DNA of 53,657 nt from the IMG/VR virus record IMGVR_UViG_3300036715_001099, positions 1 to 53,657 of that record, one strand, 5' to 3'. Source of the DNA: a virus. Its lineage: Duplodnaviria; Caudoviricetes. Both the position numbers and the translations under genes were made by a program. The first letter of the stretch is position 1; every line of letters starts with the position of its first letter. The notes beneath the pieces were generated by a model. It saw only the letters and a program-made list of their open reading frames with translations. It did no database searches and was not told the DNA's origin. This document shows positions 9,682 through 19,199 of the stretch, in pieces.

Positions 9682-9722
9682 AGGGCTCGGCGCTCCAGCC
9701 ACGCATGGAGCGCCGAGCCCTT
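9682..9722 (+). terminator. 16-bp stem, 8-nt loop hairpin after the capsid gene (terminator or mRNA stabiliser)
   Basis: AGGGCTCGGCGCTCCA-gccacgca-TGGAGCGCCGAGCCCT; only a weak U tract. Confidence 0.6.
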
Positions 9723-9801
9723 GACATCTTCGCGGTTATGCGCTGGGGCGCGTGGCCCCAGCCCCAGCCTTGTTGTGAACACCCTCTCAAGGAAGTGAAA
9801 G

Positions 9802-10266
9802 ATGGGCATCACGAACCCGAAGAACATCGGATCTCACATCCGCTGTGTTGCGGCACTCGTTCCGCAGGCGTTGGCCGCGACCGCGGCTGCGAACACGGCG
9901 AACTCCACCCCGGTTTACAACCGGCTCCCGGACAACTACCCGCTGAGCATGACGCTCCACCTGCGCATCGGAGCGGTGACCGGCGCACCGACGAGCTTCA
10001 ACGTCGTGGCGAAGGTCCAGGACTCGGCCGACGGTACGACGTTCGCGGACTACGTCCCGCCCCCGATCGCCGGCACGAAGCAGACTCTCGCGCCGCAGAC
10101 TGCGCTGAGCGTGGTCCAGACCGAGGTGGAGGTCGACGTGGACCTCAGCGGTGCGCGTCAGTACATCGCGCTCAACGTCAACCCGACCTTCGTGGGCGGC
10201 ACCTCGCCGACCATCCAGGCCGCTGCGGTCTTCGTCCTCGGTGGGCCGTCGGTCGAGCCGTTCTAG
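9802..10266 (+). CDS. probable capsid decoration/cement protein
   Basis: Directly after MCP; beta-rich; KVQDSADGTTFAD and RQYI motifs typical of post-MCP decoration proteins. Confidence 0.6.
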   Translation: MGITNPKNIGSHIRCVAALVPQALAATAAANTANSTPVYNRLPDNYPLSMTLHLRIGAVTGAPTSFNVVAKVQDSADGTTFADYVPPPIAGTKQTLAPQTALSVVQTEVEVDVDLSGARQYIALNVNPTFVGGTSPTIQAAAVFVLGGPSVEPF

Positions 10267-10454
10267 TCTGACCGAAGTGTGGACGCAGCGCGACGAAACC
10301 GTACGCGGAGCGCTGCGTCCATGTTGTACTTGATGCGAGCTCAGGCTAACTGCCTAGAGCTCGCTCTGTTGTGATCTGCCTCGCGCACGGGCTGAGCGCG
10401 ATAGCGGGAAGTACGCACGGCCCATTTGATGTTCACACCTGAAGGAGTTTCGTC

Positions 10455-10931
10455 ATGCCGTTCATCGTGCCGAAGGAAGAGCAGCAGACCACGAAGATCC
10501 TCGTGCAGTTCAAGCGCATCTGGCGCAACTTCTCCCCGGGTGACATCTCGTCCATCGAGCTCGCCGCGCGCGATGAGCTCGGCAACTTCTACAAGGAGCG
10601 CGACCGCGACGGGAAGCCCACCGAGCGCGACGCGAAGAAGATCGGCGACTTGCTGGTTCTGCAGATGGAGAACCCGAACCTGCGCACCGCGGTCAAGCTG
10701 ACGGCGGACCAGGCGCTGCACCACCTTGGCCCGAAGGCCATGCTCGAGAACGGCTACGAGCCGGACGAGATCAAGGCCGCGCTGGCGAAGGCCGACGAGA
10801 AGACCAAGGAGCTCCAGAAGACGTATGCGGCTGGCGAGGCGCAGCGCGAGATCCACGGGTGGGTGGAGCAGCCCAAGGTCACGATGACCCCGCACTCCAC
10901 GGGCCCGCTCCCGCTCCCGCTGAAGAAGTAG
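10455..10931 (+). CDS. hypothetical protein
   Basis: AAGGAG RBS, phage codon usage. Confidence 0.75.
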   Translation: MPFIVPKEEQQTTKILVQFKRIWRNFSPGDISSIELAARDELGNFYKERDRDGKPTERDAKKIGDLLVLQMENPNLRTAVKLTADQALHHLGPKAMLENGYEPDEIKAALAKADEKTKELQKTYAAGEAQREIHGWVEQPKVTMTPHSTGPLPLPLKK

Positions 10932-10946
10932 ATTCAACACGACTTA

Positions 10947-11120
10947 GCTGGACCGCTCATTAGAGCGACCGACGTACGAGAGCCCATCCAAGTCCTCATG
11001 GACTCCTTGCTCTAACGTCTTCGGTCACTCTCTTGAGCGGTCCAGCGTTTGGGTGGTGCGCCGGGGCCGGGTGGCGGAGTTCCCACTGGGGTGAACTCTG
11101 AGGATGGTCCCCGGCGCACC
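10947..11120. ncRNA. candidate structured RNA: two long adjacent hairpins
   Basis: GCTGGACCGCTCA(10947-59)/TGAGCGGTCCAGC(11034-46) and GGTGCGCCGGGG(11055-66)/CCCCGGCGCACC(11109-20), each with inner paired segments, in a 370-nt gap without a credible ORF. Confidence 0.5.
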
Positions 11121-11302
11121 GCGTAGTTCTGGGTTGAAGGGTGTTTTAGCTGTGCGCGCCGCGCTGGGCGCTGGGCGCATTTGAAGGCCCACCCGCTACA
11201 TGGGCCTAGCCCCATGGCCTATAGCCCTCTGGCGGGGCAGCTAGGGGCCTTGCTTTGTGTGATTTGGCGCCTGGCACGGGCCACAACCGCGGGAGGCCTG
11301 TC

Positions 11303-11590
11303 ATGGCGCATATTCGCTATCTTAAGGACCACGGGGCGTTCAACGCCGGAGAGACCGGCTCCATCGAAGAGAGCGAAGCCGCGAAGCTCGTGGCGCGGGG
11401 CGTTGTCGAGCTCCTCCCGCTGAAGCTCGCGGCTGCGCTGGCCATCAACCCGAGTAGCGAAGAGTTTGATGCCAAGAAGTTCCACGACGCGCACGCTGCG
11501 AACGACGCCGCGGCTGCGGCGACTGCGCGGATCACAGGTAAGACTTCCTACCCAAGTGTGAACGGCTACGACGTGGCCTCGGAGAAGTGA
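11303..11590 (+). CDS. small hypothetical head-region protein
   Basis: GGAGG RBS before ATG 11303; FNAGE...I...EA..LVARG motif shared with 3281..3844. Confidence 0.7.
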   Translation: MAHIRYLKDHGAFNAGETGSIEESEAAKLVARGVVELLPLKLAAALAINPSSEEFDAKKFHDAHAANDAAAAATARITGKTSYPSVNGYDVASEK

Positions 11591-11591
11591 C

Positions 11592-12545
11592 ATGGCTCTG
11601 AATGCCAACGCGCTGATCGATCTGCAGTCCGTGAAGGACGAGCTCGGATACACGGACACGACGTACGACGCGATGCTGACGGGCCGGATCAATCGCGTCA
11701 GCTCGGCGATCGAGCGGTACTGCAACAAGAACTTCTTGATCGGTTACGTCACGGAGACGGCGCCCGGCCCCATCGTACGCAGCCCGCGGCTTCAGCTGAA
11801 GCGTGATCCGGTGTGGGCCGTGCAGTCCATCACGCAAGACGCCCAAGTCCAGCCGACGATCGTGAATCCTACGGTCTATCAGCTGGAGAGTTCCCGAACC
11901 GGCTGGATCTACCGCGCTGCGCGCTGGGCGACTACGGCGATTCGCCGGCCCGACATCGTCCAGGACTTTCAGCCGAACACGGAGCAAGAGTCCACGCTGA
12001 TCAAGTACATCGGCGGATACATCACGACGAATATGGCGCAGACCGGCGCAGCATGGCCTGGCGCGACACAGACCGTGAAGGTCGGGACCATCTTGAAGGT
12101 TTTGCCGTCGGGATACCTGTCTCCGAATGAGCAGGTCTGGATGTCGTACATCACCCCCGACTCAGTCGGTACGGACTCCGGTGTTACGGGGTCCACGAGC
12201 CCGACGTGGCCGAGCCCCGCGACGGCTCCTCAACAGGCTGTGCTCGGAGCGCAGGGCATCATCCCAGGAGTGACTATCGTCGACGGAACCGTGACGTGGA
12301 TCTACATGGGGACCGCGGGATCGGTCGGCACCGGGCTCGCAGGAACCGCGGTCACACTGCCCGACGACATCGTCGGAGCGGCGCTGGATTGCATCGTGAG
12401 CAGCTGGGCTTCCCGCGGTCAGGACACGAACGTCAAGTCGGAGTCCATCTCGGGCATCGCGTCGGTCAGCTACGGCGACCGGAACCTGTTCCCGCCGACG
12501 GCTCAAGCCATCATCGATCGCTACCGGCGCTTTATTGTCGCTTGA
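11592..12545 (+). CDS. head-tail adaptor/connector with inserted carbohydrate-binding-like module
   Basis: L.DLQSVK..LG...D..L...I...S..IERYC N-terminus; LPDDI..A and VKSESI.G..SVSY...I.RYRR C-terminus. Confidence 0.8.
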   Translation: MALNANALIDLQSVKDELGYTDTTYDAMLTGRINRVSSAIERYCNKNFLIGYVTETAPGPIVRSPRLQLKRDPVWAVQSITQDAQVQPTIVNPTVYQLESSRTGWIYRAARWATTAIRRPDIVQDFQPNTEQESTLIKYIGGYITTNMAQTGAAWPGATQTVKVGTILKVLPSGYLSPNEQVWMSYITPDSVGTDSGVTGSTSPTWPSPATAPQQAVLGAQGIIPGVTIVDGTVTWIYMGTAGSVGTGLAGTAVTLPDDIVGAALDCIVSSWASRGQDTNVKSESISGIASVSYGDRNLFPPTAQAIIDRYRRFIVA

Positions 12546-12553
12546 GGTGAGTC

Positions 12554-12877
12554 ATGAACTTCTCGCACAGGTTCAACATCACGTTCACGGTTCAGAGTCC
12601 CACGGGCTCAGGGACTGCGGGTTCTCCCGACCCCACATTCGGCGCGCAGCGCACGATCAAGGGCCGTAAAGACACTATGAACCGACGCGTGTTCACGGCG
12701 GATGGCGAGGCCTATATCCAGGGCGATGTCTTCGTCACGGACCAGCCGCTCGCTGAGGGCGACCGCTACTGGGATGTCGGTACGGACACGTCGAACAACA
12801 TGCTGAGCAAGAAGTTCTCGAGCGTACACAAGGGAGCGACCTTCGGGAACTACACGCTGTTCTATGGAGTGTTGTGA
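12554..12877 (+). CDS. probable head closure (stopper) protein
   Basis: Position after the adaptor, size, beta-rich. Confidence 0.55.
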   Translation: MNFSHRFNITFTVQSPTGSGTAGSPDPTFGAQRTIKGRKDTMNRRVFTADGEAYIQGDVFVTDQPLAEGDRYWDVGTDTSNNMLSKKFSSVHKGATFGNYTLFYGVL

Positions 12878-13356
12878 TGGGCGTCAAGGTCACAGGCGCG
12901 AAGGAGCTCCTGGCCAAACTCAAGCTCTTCAAGGACCGGGCGAAAGCCGCAGCCAGCGCAGCGCTCTACCAGCGCGCACTCCAGATCATCGCGCTCAGCG
13001 ACAGCATGGTTCCGGTTGATACCGGGCGCCTGCGCGCGAGTCACTTCGTTGGACTTCCCGATGACTCGGGCAAGTTGAAGATGGGTTACGGCGCGAACTA
13101 CGCGATGCCTGTGCATGAGCGACTTGACGTGAAGCACGAGCATGGGCAGGCGAAGTTCTTGGAGACCGCATTCGACAACTTCGCGTCGTCGAATGCGGCT
13201 TGGCTGCGCGAGAAGACGGTAGAGAATATCCGCAAGGGTATCGCGATCAAGTCTGGCGGTTTTCCAACGACGCCCGAGAGCGGAGACTTGACGGGCGCCC
13301 ATCACGAAGCACTCCGCATGAACCGCGCGCATGACCGGGCGCGAAGGAAGAAGTGA
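12874..13356 (+). CDS. HK97 gp10-like neck/tail completion protein
   Basis: VPVDTGRLRAS, NYAMPVHE, GQAKFLE motifs. Confidence 0.8.
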   Translation: MMGVKVTGAKELLAKLKLFKDRAKAAASAALYQRALQIIALSDSMVPVDTGRLRASHFVGLPDDSGKLKMGYGANYAMPVHERLDVKHEHGQAKFLETAFDNFASSNAAWLREKTVENIRKGIAIKSGGFPTTPESGDLTGAHHEALRMNRAHDRARRKK

Positions 13357-13781
13357 TGGCAACCCTGTCTCCGGAAGTTGACATCGCAGCTGTACTCGTT
13401 GCCGCGACCACCGTCTTCAGCCCCGCGCTGGCCATGGACACCGACATCAAGTACGGCCCGCCCCGCGCGCCACTGAGCGCCGGAAACACTGCGCGAATCT
13501 GGATCATTCCGTATGGTGGTCAAGAGCCCGATCCTCTGATCAACGCCGCTGTGGACGGGAGCATCTACTACTCCAAAGTTCAGATCGTCGTGCGCGGCTT
13601 GGTCGAGGATTACATGGGCTCGCTGACGTTGGCGCGCAAGATCCGCGACGCGTTGCATACGAAGCATCCGAGCACGTACATCTCGCTCCGCGCGCTGAGC
13701 AGTGAGCCCATCTACCTCGGGATCGATGAGATCAACGAGCATCGCTGGACTATCAGCTTCGAAGCGATGTGGCGCGCGTAG
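13353..13781 (+). CDS. tail terminator protein
   Basis: VQIVVRG...A.KI.D.L and P.YLG.DE..EHRWTI.F motifs; position before the tube genes. Confidence 0.7.
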   Translation: MMATLSPEVDIAAVLVAATTVFSPALAMDTDIKYGPPRAPLSAGNTARIWIIPYGGQEPDPLINAAVDGSIYYSKVQIVVRGLVEDYMGSLTLARKIRDALHTKHPSTYISLRALSSEPIYLGIDEINEHRWTISFEAMWRA

Positions 13782-13806
13782 TTCACCCTAACCAGGAGAG
13801 CAGCAC

Positions 13807-14286
13807 ATGGCGAACCTTGAAGTTGGCTATTCAGGCAAGGTGGAAGTCGCGGACGACACGAACGGGTCCCTCGGGACTTGGGTCGCGCTCGGAGCAACGA
13901 GCGAGGGCGAGATCACGCCCAAGAACAACACCGCGGACGTGACGCAGGTCAACCAGGCGGGCTTCGAACAGCGCCTCCCGACGACGCAGGACGCGGACAT
14001 CAAGGCCAGCGTGTTCTTGCTGTCCGGCTCGGCGGACCCGGGGTACACGAAGTGCCTCACGTCGCTGAAGAACCGCGTGGAGATGTGGATCCGCGTCTGG
14101 CGTGACGCGACCACGTACAACCTCGCGCGGGTGTACTGCACTTCGGTCCCCAGCAAGATCGACCCGAAGAACCCGGTGAAGGTGGAGTTCAGCTTCGCGT
14201 TCAGCGGCAACCCGAACGGCTACACCATCAACAACCTGCTGACCGGCTCGCCGTACGCCGCGACCGTGATCCTCGGCATCGCGTAA
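13807..14286 (+). CDS. tail tube protein 1
   Basis: Siphovirus tube pattern (ADVT.....EQRLPT..D...FSFAFSG.P); position. Confidence 0.75.
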   Translation: MANLEVGYSGKVEVADDTNGSLGTWVALGATSEGEITPKNNTADVTQVNQAGFEQRLPTTQDADIKASVFLLSGSADPGYTKCLTSLKNRVEMWIRVWRDATTYNLARVYCTSVPSKIDPKNPVKVEFSFAFSGNPNGYTINNLLTGSPYAATVILGIA

Positions 14287-14301
14287 GTCTGTCGCACACC
14301 T

Positions 14302-14340
14302 GGCCCGTCCAACTCGCAAGGGTTGGACGGGCCTCTCTTT
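14302..14340 (+). terminator. intrinsic terminator between the two tube genes
   Basis: GGCCCGTCCAAC-tcgcaagg-GTTGGACGGGCC followed by TCTCTTT. Confidence 0.6.
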
Positions 14341-14352
14341 CTGGAGTCGTAC

Positions 14353-15042
14353 ATGCCCGCCATCGTCGTAGGTTACGCAGGAAAGCTCTCGCTCGGTGGC
14401 GCTCCGGTCAACCCCGGCGCAGCTGAGGCAACGACCCAAGTCGGTGGAACCAAGGAGTACCAGATCACGAACGCTGTGCGCCGGGTCTTGGACCCGAACA
14501 CTGCGATCGTGATCAAGGACGGCGTGAGTACGGTCTCGCCGGCGAACTACACTATCAACCTGATGAAGGGAAGCGTGACCTTCGTCAGCACGTATACGGT
14601 CGGCGGAGCCGTCACGTTCGCATCCGGGTACAAGTACATCCCGCGCGCAGCCATCGCGAAGGTCAGCAACTTCGAGGGCGCGCCTGTTCTGAACACCGCG
14701 GACGCGACGATGATCGGCGCGAACAATCCGAATGGCTACGAGCAGCGACTCCCGACGACGCTGGACTTTAGTGGTAGCTTCACTATCTTCAACTTCCTGG
14801 CCGACCAGTCGCTCCAGACGTACGTGACCAACAAGACGCCGATGCTCCTCGAGCTCGACTTCGATGGCACGGGCTCGGGCGTGACGCGCGCTTGGGTCAT
14901 CATCACCGCGTGCAATAGCAACATCAAGCCGAAGGAGCTCAACAACGCGGAGTGTTCGTTCACGCTCTACGATCAGTCGCTCGCGGCCAACGCGCTCAAC
15001 GGCACCATCTGCAACGCCGCGTTTGACTTCGTCGTCACGTAA
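14353..15042 (+). CDS. tail tube protein 2 (paralog with inserted domain)
   Basis: Shares GY.GK and AD.T....G.EQRLPTT.D with 13807..14286; GGAG RBS before ATG 14353. Confidence 0.65.
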   Translation: MPAIVVGYAGKLSLGGAPVNPGAAEATTQVGGTKEYQITNAVRRVLDPNTAIVIKDGVSTVSPANYTINLMKGSVTFVSTYTVGGAVTFASGYKYIPRAAIAKVSNFEGAPVLNTADATMIGANNPNGYEQRLPTTLDFSGSFTIFNFLADQSLQTYVTNKTPMLLELDFDGTGSGVTRAWVIITACNSNIKPKELNNAECSFTLYDQSLAANALNGTICNAAFDFVVT

Positions 15043-15092
15043 GCGCACAACCTTCCACCCGGCGCGACAGCGCCACCACTGAGGAGCAGTAC

Positions 15093-15665
15093 ATGGCAGA
15101 CCCCAAGAAGGACGATCTCCGTACGGCAGCGATCAAGGGCGACATCCGCTTCGACACGTTCGAGCACAACGGGCAGGTCTTCGGCGTTCGGCAGATGACG
15201 CCGCGCATCCAGCAGAAGCTGCTCAAGCACAAGGACGACCCGTCGGGCCGGACCGCGCAGCTGGCCATCGAGATCGTGTGCGCCGTCGCGCTCATGCTCG
15301 ACCCCGAGGGCAAGCCGCTCGTCGACGAGATCAAGACCCCGGTCATGCAGGCCGTCATCGGCGACGACGGGAAGCCCGTCACCGAGCCCATGCTCGGCAC
15401 CCGCGGCGAGCCCATCATCAGCGTCGAGGGCAAGGCCCTCATGCAGGCCGTGATGAAGCAGAAGGTGGACGCCGACGGTCAGCCGGTGTTCGACGTGACC
15501 ACGAAGGCGAAGTACATGCTCGGCGACAAGCTGTTTGACGACACGTACTTCGAGACCTTCATGGACCAGGGCAGCGACGAGGACAGCTTCCTCTACAAGG
15601 TCGCGATGACCGCGCAGCGGGTCAACGACCGCGGCGACGCGAAGGCCCGCGCAAAAAAGTCCTAA
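15093..15665 (+). CDS. tail assembly chaperone (gpG-like)
   Basis: Between tube and tape measure; ends GCA AAA AAG TCC TAA. Confidence 0.8.
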   Translation: MADPKKDDLRTAAIKGDIRFDTFEHNGQVFGVRQMTPRIQQKLLKHKDDPSGRTAQLAIEIVCAVALMLDPEGKPLVDEIKTPVMQAVIGDDGKPVTEPMLGTRGEPIISVEGKALMQAVMKQKVDADGQPVFDVTTKAKYMLGDKLFDDTYFETFMDQGSDEDSFLYKVAMTAQRVNDRGDAKARAKKS

Positions 15666-15850
15666 GCGATCCGGGAACGCAGCTTCGGTTCTGGATCGCT
15701 GAGAAGTTTGGGCTGTTCCCCTGGGATACGCGGCTCTGGGCCATAACCATGGACCAGGAAGAAGAAGTCCAAGAGTGGTTCCGGCTCCGCAACCAGTGGG
15801 ACGCCGAAGCCTACGAAGCCGCGAAGCGCAAGGCCAAACTCAAAGGGTGA
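15653..15850 (+). CDS. -1 frameshift extension of the tail assembly chaperone (gpGT-like)
   Basis: Slippery heptamer A AAA AAG at 15653-15659; the -1 frame stays open (VLSDPGTQLRFWIAEKFGLFPWD...EAAKRKAKLKG) to TGA 15850, 4 nt before the TMP start. Confidence 0.85.
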   Translation, partial: KKVLSDPGTQLRFWIAEKFGLFPWDTRLWAITMDQEEEVQEWFRLRNQWDAEAYEAAKRKAKLKG

Positions 15851-15854
15851 TACC

Positions 15855-18800
15855 ATGTCGGCTGAGACGGATCTGCTTACAGTTTCGATGTCGGCCGATG
15901 CGGCTCCGCTGACCGCGGGTCTCTCTGCAGCAGAGCAGGCATGTGCGAAGGCGTTGGAGTCCACTGATCGTCTCAGTACGGCGCTCGACGCGCTGACTGA
16001 GGAGATGGCCGCGAACCGTGAAGCTGCGGACTCCGCTGGGGAAGCACACTCTGCGAGCGCCAGTGCCATCGGCATGGCGACTCAGGCTTGGGGCCTGGCG
16101 CTCGCAGCTGTGGAGAAGGTCGTTGGCGCACTCGTGGAGTTCGGCGACCAGGCCATCGAGTCCGCGCAGGCCATGGACCCCGGGGCTGCGATCAGGTGGT
16201 CGTCGTCTGTGGACGGGCTGCGCAGCGCGTGGGCCACGCTCACGGGAACGCTTGCCAAGCAAGTGATGCCCGCTATCGAAGCTGTGATGGACGAGTTCAC
16301 GAAGCTGTTTCAGACGCTGGCAAAGTACGACTGGAAGGCCATCTTCGCAGAGCTCTTCCACATCATCGACAGCATCGTTCCGTACGTCAAGACCATCGGT
16401 ACGGGCATCCTAGACGCGCTGACATGGCCGTTCCGCACGGCTATCAGCATGATCGAAGAGCAGATGGCCACGGCCATGACGATGCTCGGCGACATCATGA
16501 ATAAGTTCGCGGGGACTGGGCTCGGTAAGCGCCTCGGCCTCGACGCGCACATTGGCGACGCGCTGGCCGAGACGGGCCGAGACATGACGGCGCAGGCTGC
16601 GAAGATCAAGGGCAGCTTCGCCGGCCTGGCCAGCGAGGTCGGTAACGGTATCAAGGTTGGGCTCACCGCAGCGGTAGATGCTGTGGCGGGCGGAGGTTCG
16701 ATCAAGCGTCTGCAGGATGCCATGACCGTGAAGTCCTCGGGTCCGGGCAATGCGGACGGGCAAGTCGCCGTGACCAAGCGGATGATCGACATGGAGGCCA
16801 CGGCCTTCGGCATCCGTATGGCCCACGAGAAGGAGATCTTCGACCTTCAGACCGTGGCTGATCAACATCACATCGCGCAGATTCGGCAGGAGGTTGCCGA
16901 GAAGAAACAGGCTGCGCTCGCGGAGTACTCGGAGGCGAAGAACCGCGTCGGGAAGGCCGAGACCAAGCTGACCGAGGACCAGGGCAAGAACGCCGACATG
17001 GCCACGATCGCGGCCGACCAGAAGGCGCTCAACGATGCGATGGCCGACATGGGCGTCAAGGGCGCCAACGCGGTCAAGCTGATGAGCGACGCTGTGTCGG
17101 ACGAGGCTCGTGCGTCTGGCGTGTTGAAGGCGCAGGCTGAGGACACGAAGCTCGCCTACACCGAAGCCCGCGCGATGGCGGACAAGGCAGCAGAGGCAGC
17201 TGCGGCAGGGAGCCATAAGGGCGCGCTGGACGTCCGAGCGAGCGAAGCGAAGCAAGCCGCGGACATGCTCGAGGGACAGTATAAGCAACAGGCCGCGGAG
17301 GCCTGGACCGCGCAGGGCGCGGAAGCCAAGCTCAAGACGCAGACTGCGCACGAAGTCGCGCAGATTGGTAAGGACGCCACCGAGCTCCAAGCCAAGCGGC
17401 TCGAGGACGCTGCGAAGGTCGCTGCCAAGATCGCAGAGGAGATCAAGAAGAATCACGAGAGCGCACTCAAGGGCGCGGTCACGGGCTCGGCTGGCATCGT
17501 CATGGGCGGCGTGGAGGCAGCCGCTAAGACGGGCGACCCGATGGCCGCCCTGCTCGACGTCGTGATCGGCATCGTCGCAAAGAGCAAGGGCTTCACTGAT
17601 CTGATGGGCGCGGTCAACAAGCTGCTCGACGATGTTGGCGGGGCGCTCGGGCAGCTGTTCGAAGGGCTGACGCCCATCATCCAGATGACCGAGACCCTCA
17701 TCGCGCCGCTACTCAACGCGCTGGGCTCGGTGCTCGAGCAGGTTGGCGGGGCGCTCGTCGCCATCCTTCAGCCAATCATGATGGCACTCAACCCGCTGAT
17801 CATGTCGCTGTCCGACCTGCTCGTGGCGCTTGGCCCGCTGATCCCGCTGACCGTGCAGTTCGCCATGCTCGTCTCCGGCGAAGGGCCTGCGCTGGACATT
17901 GCGGCCGAGGCGCTGAAGCTCCTGTCGCCGGCGATCGAGCTTCTTGCGAAGGGCATCAAGCTCGTGGTCGATGCCATCGCCGGAGTCTGGAACTGGATCG
18001 TCGACGAGATCGCCAGTGTGTTCAAGGCGCTCGAGGGCATCCCGCTTGTGGGAGGTATCGCCAAGGACGCCGCGACTGACATCGAAGCGATGAAGGTGCA
18101 GGTCAACGCGGTAACGCCTGCCGCTGAAGGTGCCGCCGCTGCGCTCACGCAGTTGCAGGGAGCGGGTACGGACATCACGAGCGCGTTCGGCGTCATGCGA
18201 AACGTTCTCGCAGACGCCAACGCGCGCAACTTGGCGAGCACCGAAGTCAGTGCGTACAACGGGCTCGGTCAACACGACGCGGGAAGCGGTGACTTGTTCA
18301 ACGTAGCATTCGCCAAGGGCATGAACGATCAGGTGCTCGAGCCGCTCATCTCTACGATGAACACGGTTCAAGCCAACCTTTCGGGCGCGCAGTCCAACGA
18401 TTCCTCGGCCATTGCTAAGGTCGCGATGGACGACGCCACCATCCGCGCGCTGCGGACGGCCATCGGACAGACCAGCGATCCCGCTGTGGTGGCTGCGCTG
18501 CAGAAACAGCTGACGTCGACCGAAGCGTCCGAGGTCCTCGATCTGGACGCGCAACGCCTGGCCGACGCACAGCTGGCCGTCCAGCAGGATCAGCTTACTG
18601 TGGCGAAGGACGCGCTCCAGATGCAGATCCTTCAGCTGGAGTACGACGAGGCGGGCCGCGAGGGAAACTCGGCCGCACAGGCCAGCCTCCTCGACGCGAT
18701 GATCGCGCTTGGTGACGACCAGACCGCGGCACTCACCGCGAAGTCCACGGACCTGGACGCCGTCCAGCAAGCGATGGTCCAGCAAGCGAAGGACCAGGCC

Positions 18801-19199
18801 GCGGCCAGCATCTCCTCCAACGGCGCAACCAACGCAAACACGAAGGCGACCAAGGACAACACCCAAGCCCTGACGAACATGGTCTCGGGATTCAATACTG
18901 CGCGCTACACGTACAACGCGCAGGTGGACAGTGCGCGAGACGGGGCCGGCGAGACCGACGCGCAGCCTTGGAAGCATCCCGTGGACATGTCCAGCGTCAC
19001 GGATGAGATCAAGAAGCATCTCCAGATGGTGGCGCAGTCCGGAGGCGGTTCCGGAATGCACATTCATGGCGACGTGAAGGTGGAGGTGGACTCGCGGGAT
19101 CCGGGTACGTTCGCAGACCGGGTCGAGGCCGCAATGCGACTCAAGACGTTCAGGAAGCGCGGGCTCAATACGCCTGGCACTTCTGGAGAGTTCCCCTAA
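15855..19199 (+). CDS. tape measure protein
   Basis: 1114 aa, Ala-rich helical with amphipathic repeats, follows the chaperone frameshift. Confidence 0.92.
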   Translation: MSAETDLLTVSMSADAAPLTAGLSAAEQACAKALESTDRLSTALDALTEEMAANREAADSAGEAHSASASAIGMATQAWGLALAAVEKVVGALVEFGDQAIESAQAMDPGAAIRWSSSVDGLRSAWATLTGTLAKQVMPAIEAVMDEFTKLFQTLAKYDWKAIFAELFHIIDSIVPYVKTIGTGILDALTWPFRTAISMIEEQMATAMTMLGDIMNKFAGTGLGKRLGLDAHIGDALAETGRDMTAQAAKIKGSFAGLASEVGNGIKVGLTAAVDAVAGGGSIKRLQDAMTVKSSGPGNADGQVAVTKRMIDMEATAFGIRMAHEKEIFDLQTVADQHHIAQIRQEVAEKKQAALAEYSEAKNRVGKAETKLTEDQGKNADMATIAADQKALNDAMADMGVKGANAVKLMSDAVSDEARASGVLKAQAEDTKLAYTEARAMADKAAEAAAAGSHKGALDVRASEAKQAADMLEGQYKQQAAEAWTAQGAEAKLKTQTAHEVAQIGKDATELQAKRLEDAAKVAAKIAEEIKKNHESALKGAVTGSAGIVMGGVEAAAKTGDPMAALLDVVIGIVAKSKGFTDLMGAVNKLLDDVGGALGQLFEGLTPIIQMTETLIAPLLNALGSVLEQVGGALVAILQPIMMALNPLIMSLSDLLVALGPLIPLTVQFAMLVSGEGPALDIAAEALKLLSPAIELLAKGIKLVVDAIAGVWNWIVDEIASVFKALEGIPLVGGIAKDAATDIEAMKVQVNAVTPAAEGAAAALTQLQGAGTDITSAFGVMRNVLADANARNLASTEVSAYNGLGQHDAGSGDLFNVAFAKGMNDQVLEPLISTMNTVQANLSGAQSNDSSAIAKVAMDDATIRALRTAIGQTSDPAVVAALQKQLTSTEASEVLDLDAQRLADAQLAVQQDQLTVAKDALQMQILQLEYDEAGREGNSAAQASLLDAMIALGDDQTAALTAKSTDLDAVQQAMVQQAKDQAAASISSNGATNANTKATKDNTQALTNMVSGFNTARYTYNAQVDSARDGAGETDAQPWKHPVDMSSVTDEIKKHLQMVAQSGGGSGMHIHGDVKVEVDSRDPGTFADRVEAAMRLKTFRKRGLNTPGTSGEFP

